A stretch of DNA of 28,325 nucleotides, taken from NCBI RefSeq assembly GCF_006345805.1, contig NW_021833563.1, forward strand, positions 1 through 28,325, in the 5' to 3' direction. A model generated the notes under the pieces. It was not told the origin of the DNA. It did no database searches and saw nothing but the letters and a program-made list of their open reading frames with translations. The DNA comes from Octopus sinensis. Taxonomy: Eukaryota. Every line of letters starts with the position of its first letter. The stretch's first letter is position 1. The position numbers were made by a program, and so were the translations under genes. Of this stretch, positions 1 to 10,055 are shown in pieces.

Positions 1-103
1 ATGTAGCTTCAACCGTGTTTTTCTGACGTGAATTTTTACCAGGTATCGGTTAACCGAATTATCCATAATAAGATAATTCATTCAACTACTCAATTATTCT
101 ATA

Positions 104-115
104 TATAATATATAC

Positions 116-200
<85 letters not shown>
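104..200. repeat. (TA)n microsatellite
   Basis: Near-perfect TA dinucleotide run directly abutting the tail of a SINE A copy. Confidence 0.95.
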
Positions 201-202
<2 letters not shown>

Positions 203-203
203 A

Positions 204-517
204 TACTTTTACTCTTTTACTGTTTCAGTCAGTTGACTGCGGTCATGCTGGAGCACCGCCTTTTAGTCGAGCAAATCGACCCCAGGACTTATTCTTTGTA
301 AGCCTAGTACTTATTCTATCGGTCTCTTTTGCCGAACCGTTAAGTAACAGGGACGTAAACATACCAGCATCGGTTGTCAAGTGATGTTGGTGGGGGGGAC
401 AAACACAGACACACGAACACACACACACATACATATACATATATATACATATATATATACGACAGGCTTCTTTTAGTTTCCGTCTACCAAATCCACTCAC
501 AAGGCTTTGGTCGGTCC
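204..517 (-). mobile_element. SINE family A copy, 5'-truncated (tRNA head missing)
   Basis: Reverse complement matches the full copy at 12529-12941 from ggaccgaccaaagccttgtgagtggatttggtagacgg through the gtaaaagagtaaaa tail; stops at 517. Confidence 0.9.
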
Positions 518-529
518 ATATATATATAC

Positions 530-710
530 ATACACACATATGTTGGAAATTCTGTCTGTGGATGAGTTTGTGGCGTTGTTAGCTAACTCCTCCTACATTG
601 TTCTATCGATTTCAATGAAACTTGACACGTGTGTAGAACTCATGTCTGGAAACCTCATGACATACTCAGATTGTTGAAAAAAAATCGATAATATGGCCCC
701 TGGAAGGGAT
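530..710 (-). mobile_element. Possible Helentron/HINE (DINE-1-like) non-autonomous relic
   Basis: Minus strand reads aagtttcattgaaatcgatagaacaatgtaggaggagttag...acagacaga, the aagtttcat...aatc...acagac layout also seen at 24510-24570. Recognised by motif pattern only. Confidence 0.35.
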
Positions 711-983
711 TCTTATATATTTCTAATATATTTCATGTTAACAGCCAAGGGAAATAACCCATTCGCCCAGATGTTTAACAGCCAAGTGAAATAACCCTAA
801 ATCATTTGGTATAAATCAAATTGAGTATGCTTATTTTTTAGTATTTGAGCTGTTAGAGTTATTTTCGCAATTTATCCAGTAAACCCTTAAACAAGTAAAT
901 AGTATTTTCCTAAACAATAGATCCACTTATTTCGGTTAGTGACTTATTCCCGAATATACCAACACTAGCGCCGCTGAGGGTAA

Positions 984-1112
984 TAAATAAGTACCAGTCG
1001 ATTAAATAAGTACCAGATACGCACTGGGGTCGATGTAATCGACTTAATCCGTTTGTCTGTCCTTGTTTGTCCCCTCTGTGTTTAGCCCCTTGTGGGTAGT
1101 AAAGAAATAGGT
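984..1112 (+). mobile_element. SINE family C copy, 5'-truncated (tail type C1)
   Basis: aagtaccagatacgcactggggtcgatgtaatcgacttaatccgtttgtctgtccttgtttgtcccctctgtgtttagccccttgtgggtagtaaagaaatagg matches the 3' half of 16118-16331 and 18513-18744(-); taaataagtaccag is duplicated at the 5' junction (984-997, 1003-1016). Confidence 0.9.
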
Positions 1113-1597
1113 AATCCGTTTGCAAGTGAGTGTCCTCTTTCTGCTGTCTCCAAACATCATCTCTATCTCTTACTTCACTTTTTGTTGTTAAGACGAATAG
1201 TGGTTTGGTTATTTGCACGCAATAAGCATCATTACATGGCTGATGATCTTCCGTAAATCATCCATTTCTCGGTCTTCAAAACCCATGATGATACTTTCTT
1301 TGTGGTTTCGGTTTTCTTCACTTTTTGAATGTCATTTATGTACGGCTTCGCAGCAGCAGCAGACAGGGCATGTAGACAGGCGTTAATCTGCCAGAATGTG
1401 TGTTCATTACACTGCCGTAAATACTCCTCACCAATTTCGTTAACAGCTTTTAACACTGTATCCGGTGATCTTTAAAAAAAATTTTTTTTTACTTTCTTTG
1501 GTAGAGAAAACTCTCTTCTTGAGAAAGTACTTCAAAGCCAAAGTTTTTTTCTCGGAAAATTTCAGTAAGGGCACATTTCATCGGTATGTAATCTTTA

Positions 1598-1602
1598 CTA
1601 CA

Positions 1603-1658
<56 letters not shown>

Positions 1659-1660
1659 AA
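1598..1660. repeat. (CTA)n microsatellite
   Basis: Run of ctactacta; source of the poly-T and poly-S ORFs in the track. Confidence 0.95.
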
Positions 1661-1824
1661 TAACCATTGCGGTTGTGCCTGCTGTTTACCATAATCGTAG
1701 CAGGGGGGACAGTGGTCAGTTACTTTAGCCAGTAATGTAGTTTGGCTGGCAGGCAGTACAAAATCTGTTGGAATGCCATGTATGTATGTACGTATGTAGA
1801 TAGGTTGTTAGGTATTTAATTATT

Positions 1825-2027
1825 TGTGCATGTGTGTGTGTATGTGTGTGCGCGTGTGGATATACGCAGCAAACATTTGCGCGCAATCTTTTAGTCCTCC
1901 ATACATGTAACACACATAGTCATACTTACATAAACATACATACACACGCATACACTCATTCATACATACGTGTACACATACACACAAAAACACCACATAC
2001 ACACACACACACACACACACACCACAC

Positions 2028-2088
<61 letters not shown>

Positions 2089-2252
2089 TACATATATATA
2101 TATACATATATACATAAATATAGGGATGGTATTATTAAAATACCATCACGAGTGGCAAGTGATTAATTAATAAAATATATACATACAATATTAGATATGT
2201 ACATCTATACACAAGGGCACTCCATGAGCATCTACATCGCTTGGCACAGAAG

Positions 2253-2313
<61 letters not shown>

Positions 2314-2484
2314 CGTAGACACGTAGACACATCCGCCTACACACGCACGTATATACATTATTTGGCGGTTGGGTTCGTCTGCGCGGTGATCACGTGATGA
2401 AGTAAATCCGGATTCTGATAAACACAAGTCTGTCCAATGAATGGTTTTTCAACATAAAACAAGCAGTAAACACGCACACACACA

Positions 2485-2536
<52 letters not shown>

Positions 2537-2545
2537 TACACACAC
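1825..2545. repeat. Cluster of (TG)n, (CA)n and (TA)n microsatellites
   Basis: Multiple dinucleotide runs (about 1985-2120, 2258-2312, 2468-2545) in degenerate CATA-rich sequence. Confidence 0.9.
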
Positions 2546-2904
2546 AAAACAAAACAAAACAAAGGCCAGGTGTTGAAGTTTTCGAGTGATTTCTTCTGTA
2601 GCCAGTCCGGCTTTCTTTCCATATTGTTTCGCGTGTTTAGATGTTATGGAGCTGTTTAAGGTAAACACGTTGCTACAGGCTTGTTGTCAATGGCGTACAA
2701 CTTGTAGGCTGTTGGTTGTTGTTGATGTTGTTGATGGTGTTGCATGTATGTGAATTGAGATGTTTTAACTACAGCAGACAAACAACAACAACTGCAAGAA
2801 TTACCGTTGCAATGACGACCATGTTACATTGGTATTGATTTGGCTGTTGTTGTTGTTGTTGTTGTTGTTGTCAAAACTCAAAGTTTATTGACCGGAAAGA
2901 GTGC

Positions 2905-3345
2905 AAACTTATGATCAAACCTGAGGAGAGAGGAGGGAGGGAGAGAAAGAGGAGAGACAGAGAGGGAGAGAGGGGAAATATAAAGAGTTGGGGGCAGAAT
3001 TATGATCAGGCTTGAAGAAAAAGGAGAAAGAGAAAAAGAGAGAGAAGGAGAGGGAGAGAGAGGAGGAGAGGGAGAGAAAGAAAGAGAGGGAGTAAGGGAA
3101 GGTGAGGGAGAGAGAGAAGGAGAGGGAGAGGGAGAGAGAAGGTGAGGGAGAAAGGGGAAATATAAAGTGTTGGGGACAGAATGATGATCAGGCTTGAAGA
3201 AAAAGAAGAGAGAGAGAGAAGAGAGGGAGAGGGAGAGAGAGGAGGAGAGGGAAAGAAAGATAGATTGGGAGAGAGAGAAGGTGAGTGAGAAAGGGAAAAT
3301 ATAAAGAGTTGGGGACAGAATTATGATCTGGCCTGAAGAAAAAGG
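2905..3345 (+). repeat. Compound tandem repeat: about 50-bp unit repeated three times, separated by GA-rich spacers
   Basis: gaaatataaag(a/t)gttgggg(g/a)cagaat(t/g)atgatc(a/t)gg(c)ttgaagaaaaag at about 2975, 3157 and 3295, with purine-only spacers. Confidence 0.85.
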
Positions 3346-3739
3346 AATTTTTTTTTAATATATACATATTTTATGGATGCCGTGATATCCAACCGGGTTT
3401 CGCTATTTAAATTAGCTTTTCAAGGGACATTGTGAAGTAATCAATTCTTGTGACAAAGGGGTCTTGCCATTTTGGATGCTTGAAAAGTATAACAAGCAAA
3501 AATGCTAGTTCTAAAAGCAGTAGTTGTACTAACAAGCCACTTCAACATGGCTGTTCGTTCGAACGGACTCTACTGGAATTTTTTAATCATAAGAGGACAT
3601 ATCCACCATCTGGTTAACGATGCACAGCTGAATCCGATAAATTGCGCGCACGGCCATCTCTAGCGGACGAGGCGTCCAGTACCAAAGAGTGGCTGAATAA
3701 CCCGAAACCAGGACTGGTCTACTGGTCCCGTCACTGGAA

Positions 3740-4180
3740 GGTGGTACGGGTTCGCTCTTTTGCTCGCAATTTATCGGATGCAGCTCTGCATATGGTTCAA
3801 GAAAATTAAAATTGACGGTAACTTGAATATTGCCAAATGCATCCAATTGCTGAAGGGCGATTTGATACTAGACTTGGATGAAGGTGAGATTTTTCAGCAT
3901 GACGGGGCTCCATGCCACAGTTTGCGAACAACACAACAAAGTCTGGCTGATGAAGAGGTTGCCGTATTGAAAGATTGGCCAGCTCAGAGACCTGGCTTAA
4001 ATGTCATCGAACAAATGTGGACAGAAATGAAAAGAAGAGCTTTTTGGGAGAATCCACGCTATCTTGAAGACAGAAAATGATATCTCATGCCCGTGAAGAT
4101 GGTGAAGGATTTGTATGCATCTCTTCCCAGGTGCATTGAAGCAATTATTCTAGCGAAGGGAATCCACACGAAATATGAGC
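3740..4180 (+). pseudogene. Tc1-like transposase C-terminal relic (DDE domain)
   Basis: ORF 3760-4080 contains KIDGNLN, FQHDGAPCH and DWPAQRPGLNVIEQMW (cf. Tc1 FQQDNAPCH and WPSQSPDLNPIENLW); a downstream frame reads VKDLYASLPRCIEAIILAKGIHTKY, the Tc1 C-terminus. Frameshifted. Confidence 0.9.
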
Positions 4181-4285
4181 AATGTACAATAACTTCTTGA
4201 AGGGAATATTATATAATAAATTTATAATCTAAATTACAGACATTTTTCTGTTTTAAAACACTGTATCTTGAATGGTTTATGTAAG

Positions 4286-4505
4286 GTGGCCGAAACCTTT
4301 TGCACTGCCATTTTTGGTGGTCATCTCGCCTCTTTCCCTCTCATTCAGAACCCCTACTACAAAATGTAGTGGTTAGGTATGAAATGACTCCAACGGGACC
4401 AATGTTTCACCTGTAAGAAAGGCAATACGAAACATCCACTTATAAGTTGGCAATTAGAAGAAATTTACAATAGTTTAAAGTGGCCGAAGACTTCTGCACG
4501 GTACT
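4286..4505 (+). mobile_element. Two Tc1-type right-TIR-like motifs
   Basis: gtggccgaaaccttttgcactgc (4286-4308) and gtggccgaagacttctgcacggtact (4480-4505); their reverse complement resembles the CAGTACCGTGCAAAAG start typical of Tc1 TIRs. Confidence 0.55.
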
Positions 4506-4509
4506 CCAT

Positions 4510-4527
4510 ATACACACATATATATAT

Positions 4528-4621
<94 letters not shown>

Positions 4622-4765
4622 CGTATATATATATATATTTACGCACACATGATATGTATATACATACATACAGTCACGTATGTGCATGTGTGTGTGTGCG
4701 CGTATGTATATGTATGTTTGTATGTATGTATGTATATATGAATGTATGTCTGTATGTACATATAC
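4510..4765. repeat. (CA)n/(TA)n/(TATG)n microsatellite cluster
   Basis: Direct inspection. Confidence 0.9.
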
Positions 4766-5559
4766 ATTAACAACCAGACGTGAAATGTTAGACATAGTTT
4801 AGAATAAACATACAATTTTAATCCGCCAGTGAAAAAGTAAACAAACTAGTTCAGACACAAGTTTTTATCTCAATCTAAAATTGTTGTTTGTTTTCAAGAA
4901 ACATATATCCTACGTAGTTTTTTCTCTTTCAATCAAGCTCGAACCGAATTTAGACTATTTGTTGAGGGCACTCCGCTTTCACTTCCAAATTTTTAATTCT
5001 TGTAATTCCGAGAATTTCGTAAATTTGCAGATTTTTTGAAATTAAAATCTGAGGAATTCGAGAAAAAAAATACAGACTTAGAGTTTTCTGTTTATCGATC
5101 TTGGTGCTTATTCCATCATTTTGAAGTGAATTGTGACAAATAAATAGCATTTTCTTTATTCATCAGAGTTAGTGTAAATGTTGGTTGTATTCTTTCTTAA
5201 AGGTATTCGCAGTACAACCAGTATAATTTCTCTTAGTATAACTTTCTGAAAAATACACATTTGCGGCAATAGGTTTTCAGTGGATAATTGAGTTAATCAA
5301 ATTCACAAAAATAATGACATTTATTTAAGTGTATAACTTAAATTGGTGCTTACGTAAAATAATGCAATGAATAATAAATTTCAAAAGAAAATCATTTATT
5401 TCTTTAAAATATAATTAAAGAACCAAATTTCACATTTGTATCCTTTCTCCTCACATGGCTACCCTGTCATTTATTTCCTCTCATCGGTTTTTACGATCCT
5501 TTGTCTTGCGTGCGCATTTGTGTGTGTGTGTGTGTGTGTGTGTGCCGCCAAGCTTAGTA

Positions 5560-5777
5560 TGTAAAGGGTGTTAAAAAGTTTAAATCTTTGGGTAAATGAC
5601 AATTCAGAAGGATCAGTTAATTATGATTTTATTCAACATATTCCCTTCTCTGGTTCACACACTTATTGCAACAGTGCTTCAGTTTTTCTAAGCCCTGTAA
5701 AAGAACAGGGAAGGTTGGGTCTCTAGCCTGGCCCTTCGCGATACCTTTACAGCCAGGAACTTTTCAGCAGACCGTCA
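5560..5777 (-). mobile_element. Short mariner-derived MITE-like element
   Basis: TA at 5558-59 and 5778-79; imperfect TIRs tgtaaagggtgttaaaaagtt versus revcomp tgacggtctgctgaaaagtt; the minus-strand interior (cagggcttagaaaaactgaagcactgttgcaataagtgtgtgaaccagagaagggaatatgttgaataa) resembles a mariner transposase C-terminus ending GEYVE*. Confidence 0.7.
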
Positions 5778-5818
5778 TATATGTACTCTTCCTGCACCTC
5801 TAATGCTAACTCTCTTTA

Positions 5819-7561
5819 TCACGCCCTTACTCTCTCTCTCCCCCTCCCTATATGATGTAAGGCGTGACTGGAGAAATCAACGAACGAACAAACGAAAGAA
5901 CCAACCGACCGACCAACCAAACGTCCCAACCGACCAACCAACCAACCAACCGACCCACCGACCAAGCAGCAAACCAGCCAACCACCGACCAACAAACCAA
6001 CCAGCCGACCAAACGACCAACCAACCAACCAACCGACCCACCGACCAAGCAGCAAACCAGCCAACCCACCGACCAACAAACCAACTAGCCAACCAACCGA
6101 CCAACCAACCAACCAGCCAACCGACCCACCGACCAACCAGCCAACCGACCACCGTCCAACCAGCTCGTAGGGTAAACCATCCAATCCAGGCGACTTATCC
6201 CTCGCGCAGCCCGCCATCGCATCCCGAACGTCAGCGGCTGTGGTGGGACTTTCACAATACTCCGCTTCTCTTGCCGAGAGCCGCGGCAGGTCGGTCAGGT
6301 AGGCACTGAAATCCATCCCGCGTTTCGACCCACCACTCGCACCAAACAGTCGAGCAAAGTGCTGTTGAAAGGCCTCACACATCCTTTCGGGTTCGAGTAA
6401 ACTGCATCCCTGTTGATCTATTAGAGACCGAATGGTGGCTCTGTTGCCACGCTGCACCTCCGCTACCCGGGCCTCTCGCGCAGCTTCGATCCCTTCGTTC
6501 CTTAAGGCACGCATTTTAGCTCTGACGACGCAACCTTCGTGCTTGGCGTTGAGGTGTTGGTCGAGGGCCATCCTCGCAGCCAGCACGTTGGTTGCGCTGC
6601 CAGTGGTAAGTGCCTCTTCTAGTTTCTTAACCAAGTCTCCCTCTACTCTATTTCGATCTATCGATAATTCCTTGCAAAACCTAATTGATTCCGATTTTAT
6701 TGCCATTTTCAGGGCGTACCACCAGCGGTTGTTAACGACGGCTCTCGTCAGCGCCCTCTTAATTAACTCGCTAATCCGGTTCCTGTAAACCTGTCGCGCT
6801 AAGAGCGAAGTGTTCAGTTTCCAGTAACCGGGACCCTGCCTATGTGTTTTATCTAAGTCGAGCGTACACGTCACAAATTTGTGATCTGTGTAGCTGACTA
6901 TTTTAAATTGTGGACATCCTACACTATCCCTATCCGCTGTCCTGCATAGAATTCTATCTAGATAAGATCTCGACGATCCGACGCGGTTTGTCCAAGTCCA
7001 CGTTGGCACGTTCGGATGGTCGAGTCGGAACCTGTCAGACAAATGGAAACGTCTGAGTAGGTCTTTGAGGCACTTACACCCCCTTCTATTCTTATCCATT
7101 CCCACATAATCTAGATGCGTGTCCAAGGTAGCGTTCCAATCCCCTACTAACAGTAAAGGTCTAGACGTACCCAGGAAAACCTCTAGACGTCTGAAGAATT
7201 CCGCCCGACCCGTTAAGGACGGTGTATAAACTGCCATCAGACGGAATGCACACCCATTTCTGCCATCCACGTCCAAGACAACCAGCCTACCCTCTGGGTC
7301 TAGGAATATTGCTCTTACTTTTACATTTAGACTCTTTCGAAAAAGCACCGCGGTACCTCCACCACCCATGTTCGGCAGACAGAGAGAAAAATAAATGTCA
7401 AATTGATTGCCAAACATGGACGCGAGGGCCCGCGGCTTGCTGAGTCTGGTTTCACTGATAGCTACTATATCCACGTTCAGTGACTTGATGTCGTTTAGAA
7501 GGTAACCTTGCTTCCAAGCCGACGCCAAGCCACGCGCATTCACACAACCTAATTTAAGCAT
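5819..7561 (-). CDS. LINE ORF2, truncated: APE endonuclease plus linker (about 467 aa, 7561 to 6161); the last roughly 113 aa are read-through into repeat and flank
   Basis: Motifs VNARGL, DIVAISETR, AVYTP, GDWN, SYLDRIL, TDHKFV, GPGYWKLNTSLL and KSPGLDGLPYE are L1/Tx1 ORF2 hallmarks; no YADD-type RT core is present. Confidence 0.85.
   Translation of the reverse strand: MLKLGCVNARGLASAWKQGYLLNDIKSLNVDIVAISETRLSKPRALASMFGNQFDIYFSLCLPNMGGGGTAVLFRKSLNVKVRAIFLDPEGRLVVLDVDGRNGCAFRLMAVYTPSLTGRAEFFRRLEVFLGTSRPLLLVGDWNATLDTHLDYVGMDKNRRGCKCLKDLLRRFHLSDRFRLDHPNVPTWTWTNRVGSSRSYLDRILCRTADRDSVGCPQFKIVSYTDHKFVTCTLDLDKTHRQGPGYWKLNTSLLARQVYRNRISELIKRALTRAVVNNRWWYALKMAIKSESIRFCKELSIDRNRVEGDLVKKLEEALTTGSATNVLAARMALDQHLNAKHEGCVVRAKMRALRNEGIEAAREARVAEVQRGNRATIRSLIDQQGCSLLEPERMCEAFQQHFARLFGASGGSKRGMDFSAYLTDLPRLSAREAEYCESPTTAADVRDAMAGCARDKSPGLDGLPYELVGRWSVGWLVGGSVGWLVGWSVGWLVGLLVGGLAGLLLGRWVGWLVGWSFGRLVGLLVGGWLVCCLVGGSVGWLVGRLGRLVGRSVGSFVCSFVDFSSHALHHIGRGRERVRA
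5878..6160. repeat. Composite tetranucleotide array (CAAC/CGAC/CAGC) with an internal duplication of about 83 bp
   Basis: cgacccaccgaccaagcagcaaaccagccaac starts at 5951 and again at 6034. Confidence 0.9.
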
Positions 7562-7627
7562 AATTGACGTTTACGAAAATTGTGTTTCACACACTACATT
7601 GGAAGAGACAAGAGGCAAGAGGGAAGG

Positions 7628-9149
7628 TCACTTACTCATTTCGAAAGTTTCATTTTTTTCTTCTTCTTTTGTAGTATCTTTGATGAGGTGTTTGTATAGT
7701 TTTTTGGAGAGGTATCGTTGAAACTCGCCTACCGCATTTGGAAATATTGTTTTCAGTGAATGGTGTTGTGTTTGTGTTATGTGTATAATTCTTATGTGCT
7801 TCGGTGGTGCGCGGATGATTGTTTGTCTTAAAGTCATCTTCACAGATGTCCGTGTTGGATGCAATGTAATCCATTAATTTTTTATTGTCTGTGTCTATTG
7901 CAGTTAGTTGTGTGTGTGGTTTTGCGGGTTCATTGATTTTTTTATTGTCTAGGGGGATGCTGTCCGGAGTTAAATATCTCCCTGCTTTACTTCCTTGTTT
8001 AGTGGGCTTTTTTGATCTTTTCCTTTTACCCCCTGTGGCTATTTGCCATTCCGTCTAACTTTCGTCGTCCGACGAATCAGAAGGGGGTAAAGACAAAGCA
8101 TTTGCGTTAATATGTATGCTTGTAGAAATTGTTGATGTTTTGTGCGGTGTTTGTGTTGTTGTGGTGTTAGGGGTAGAATTTGTCTTCTCATCAATGTTTT
8201 CTGTCTTTTTAATTGTCGTCCTCGGTGTTGGTGTTGGTATATCTTTTGGTTCAGTATGATGAATTGGTTGCGACGTCAACGGTGATTGTGTTGGTACTGT
8301 TTCTTTTCTTGGTGATGCTGTTGGGGTTTGTTTGCTGGTTTGTTGTTTTCCTTGGCATTGTTCCATAATTGAGTGTGTTGGTGTTGGTGTTGGCAACAAG
8401 GGTTTTTTATTTGTTTTCTGATTTGTTCTTTCTTGTTTTTTCTGTGCCAGAGCGCACTTGGCAATTAAATGCTCTGGGCTGCCACATTTGTAGCATCTAG
8501 GCTTTTTGCCTTCTGCCACAACATATAGGCTTTGCCCATTTTCTAAGTGGATCCTGTCAGGTAGGTTCTCGATAGAGGCCCCCTCAATCTGGATGGTCAC
8601 TACTATTGTTTTTCCACCCCCTTTGTCGTTTAGGTACACGGCGGTTTCTAAAATATTTATCTTTTTCAAATGGTAACAGATTGCCCCTGTTATCCATTTG
8701 TTAGGGATCTCGGGGGGTACATTTTTAATAGTAATTCTACTCACTCTCTGGCCTTTGTAATAAGGTACCATGATGATATCATCATTTTCCAAAGACTCGG
8801 TAGAGTGAGCTTTTGCCACTTCCTGGTTAGGGAAGCGGACCACTACTGTGTTAAACTGGGGACCCCAGTTTATATATTCTTTTTTTTTCATTATGTTTTT
8901 TAAACAATTTTCTATATCCGTTTTTGTAATCTGTTCATTTTATTTTTTGATTTTTCTTATAATTTTATATATAATTGTCTTATTTTCTATTTGTTCCTTT
9001 ATGTGTTGAGGTGTATGCAGCACTAAATCTTGCCCTCGGGTTGTAAAGAGAGTTCTCGTTTCTATTAACTCTTCATTTGTAAATTTTACAATTTCTTTTT
9101 TCTGACGCAGAGTGTCAGCGAAATTTACTGGTGTTGTTGATTCTTTCAT
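7628..9149 (-). pseudogene. LINE ORF1 (gag-like, CX2CX4HX4C zinc knuckle), disrupted
   Basis: Track ORFs 8940-9149, 8055-8891 and 7650-7874 share one frame and join across single stops (TAA 8940-42: KIKK*NEQITKTDIENCLKNIMKKK; TAG 8055-57: SDDES*TEWQIATGGKRKRSKK); knuckle CYKCGSPEHLIAKC. Whether 7628-7864 is a frameshifted C-terminus is uncertain. Confidence 0.8.
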
Positions 9150-9244
9150 ATTAACATCTTCACTATTAGATAGTTCATTTTTATTGTTGTTCTTGTTGTT
9201 GTTTTCTTAATAGTATTCGCGTGAGTTTCATTTTTATCATTTAT

Positions 9245-9345
9245 GTTGGTGGTGGTGGTGGTGGTGGAGGTGGTAGTGGTGGTGGAGGTGGTGGTGGTGG
9301 CAGTAGTAGTCTCGTTGTTGTTGTTGTTAGTGGTGGTGGTGGTGG
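9245..9345. repeat. (GGT)n/(GTT)n trinucleotide tract in the LINE 5' region
   Basis: Direct inspection. Confidence 0.9.
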
Positions 9346-9703
9346 TGACAGGGCTGTTACCGCAAGTGGTTGCAGCGTTCACTACCACGTCATTCAGGTT
9401 TGCACTTTGCGTGCATAAGTTCTTTTTTCTCCTAGCGTTTCCAGACTAGTAAAATGCTGGTCCATAAAGGAACGCGACCAGCGTTCTACAATAAAATTTC
9501 TCGACATTTTTTAATGTCGAGAAGAAAATTACAAAAATTAAATAGGGTTGAAACTGCCCCTAGGGGCGAATTCCTCCCTTGGAAAAGCACTCAAACGAAA
9601 GTTGGGTGCCTTACACACCTTATTTACAAAAATGTACACAAAATATGGGCTATAAATAGTCAAAATAAACGATTACCTTCGGAACCGAGATGACAGCACG
9701 TCC

Positions 9704-9705
<2 letters not shown>

Positions 9706-9783
<78 letters not shown>

Positions 9784-9979
9784 GTAGGTAGGTAGGTAGG
9801 TAGGTAGGTAGGTAGGGAGATAGGTAGGTAGGAAGGTAGATAGGTAGGTAGGTAGCTAGGTAGCTAGGTAGCTAGGTAGCTAGGTAGCTAGGTAGCTAGG
9901 TAGCTAGGTAGCTAGGTAGCTAGGTGGATGGATGGATGGATATATCGATAGCTAGACAGACGGACGGACAGACAGACAA

Positions 9980-10055
<76 letters not shown>

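Larger units (their letters stand above)
6161..9450 (-). mobile_element. L1/Tx1-like non-LTR retrotransposon, ORF1 plus 5' half of ORF2, 3'-truncated
   Basis: CCHC-knuckle ORF1 followed after about 66 nt by an APE-endonuclease ORF2 on the same strand; LINE-like sequence ends at DKSPGLDGLPYEL (about 6161). The 5' boundary is approximate. Confidence 0.85.

Noticed and set aside
2975-3345. Repeat-spacer-repeat pattern resembling a CRISPR array
   Set aside because: Spacers are low-complexity GA tracts of unequal length, the context is eukaryotic and there are no cas genes.
5803-6309. 168-aa PTNQ-repeat ORF on the plus strand
   Set aside because: Translation of the CAAC/CGAC array plus antisense LINE sequence.
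7594-7635. GTAAGT...polypyrimidine...AG between LINE ORF1 and ORF2 (minus strand), suggesting a spliced ORF1-ORF2 fusion
   Set aside because: Only 42 nt long, and an in-frame TAA remains upstream of the ORF2 ATG after removal, so no fusion results.
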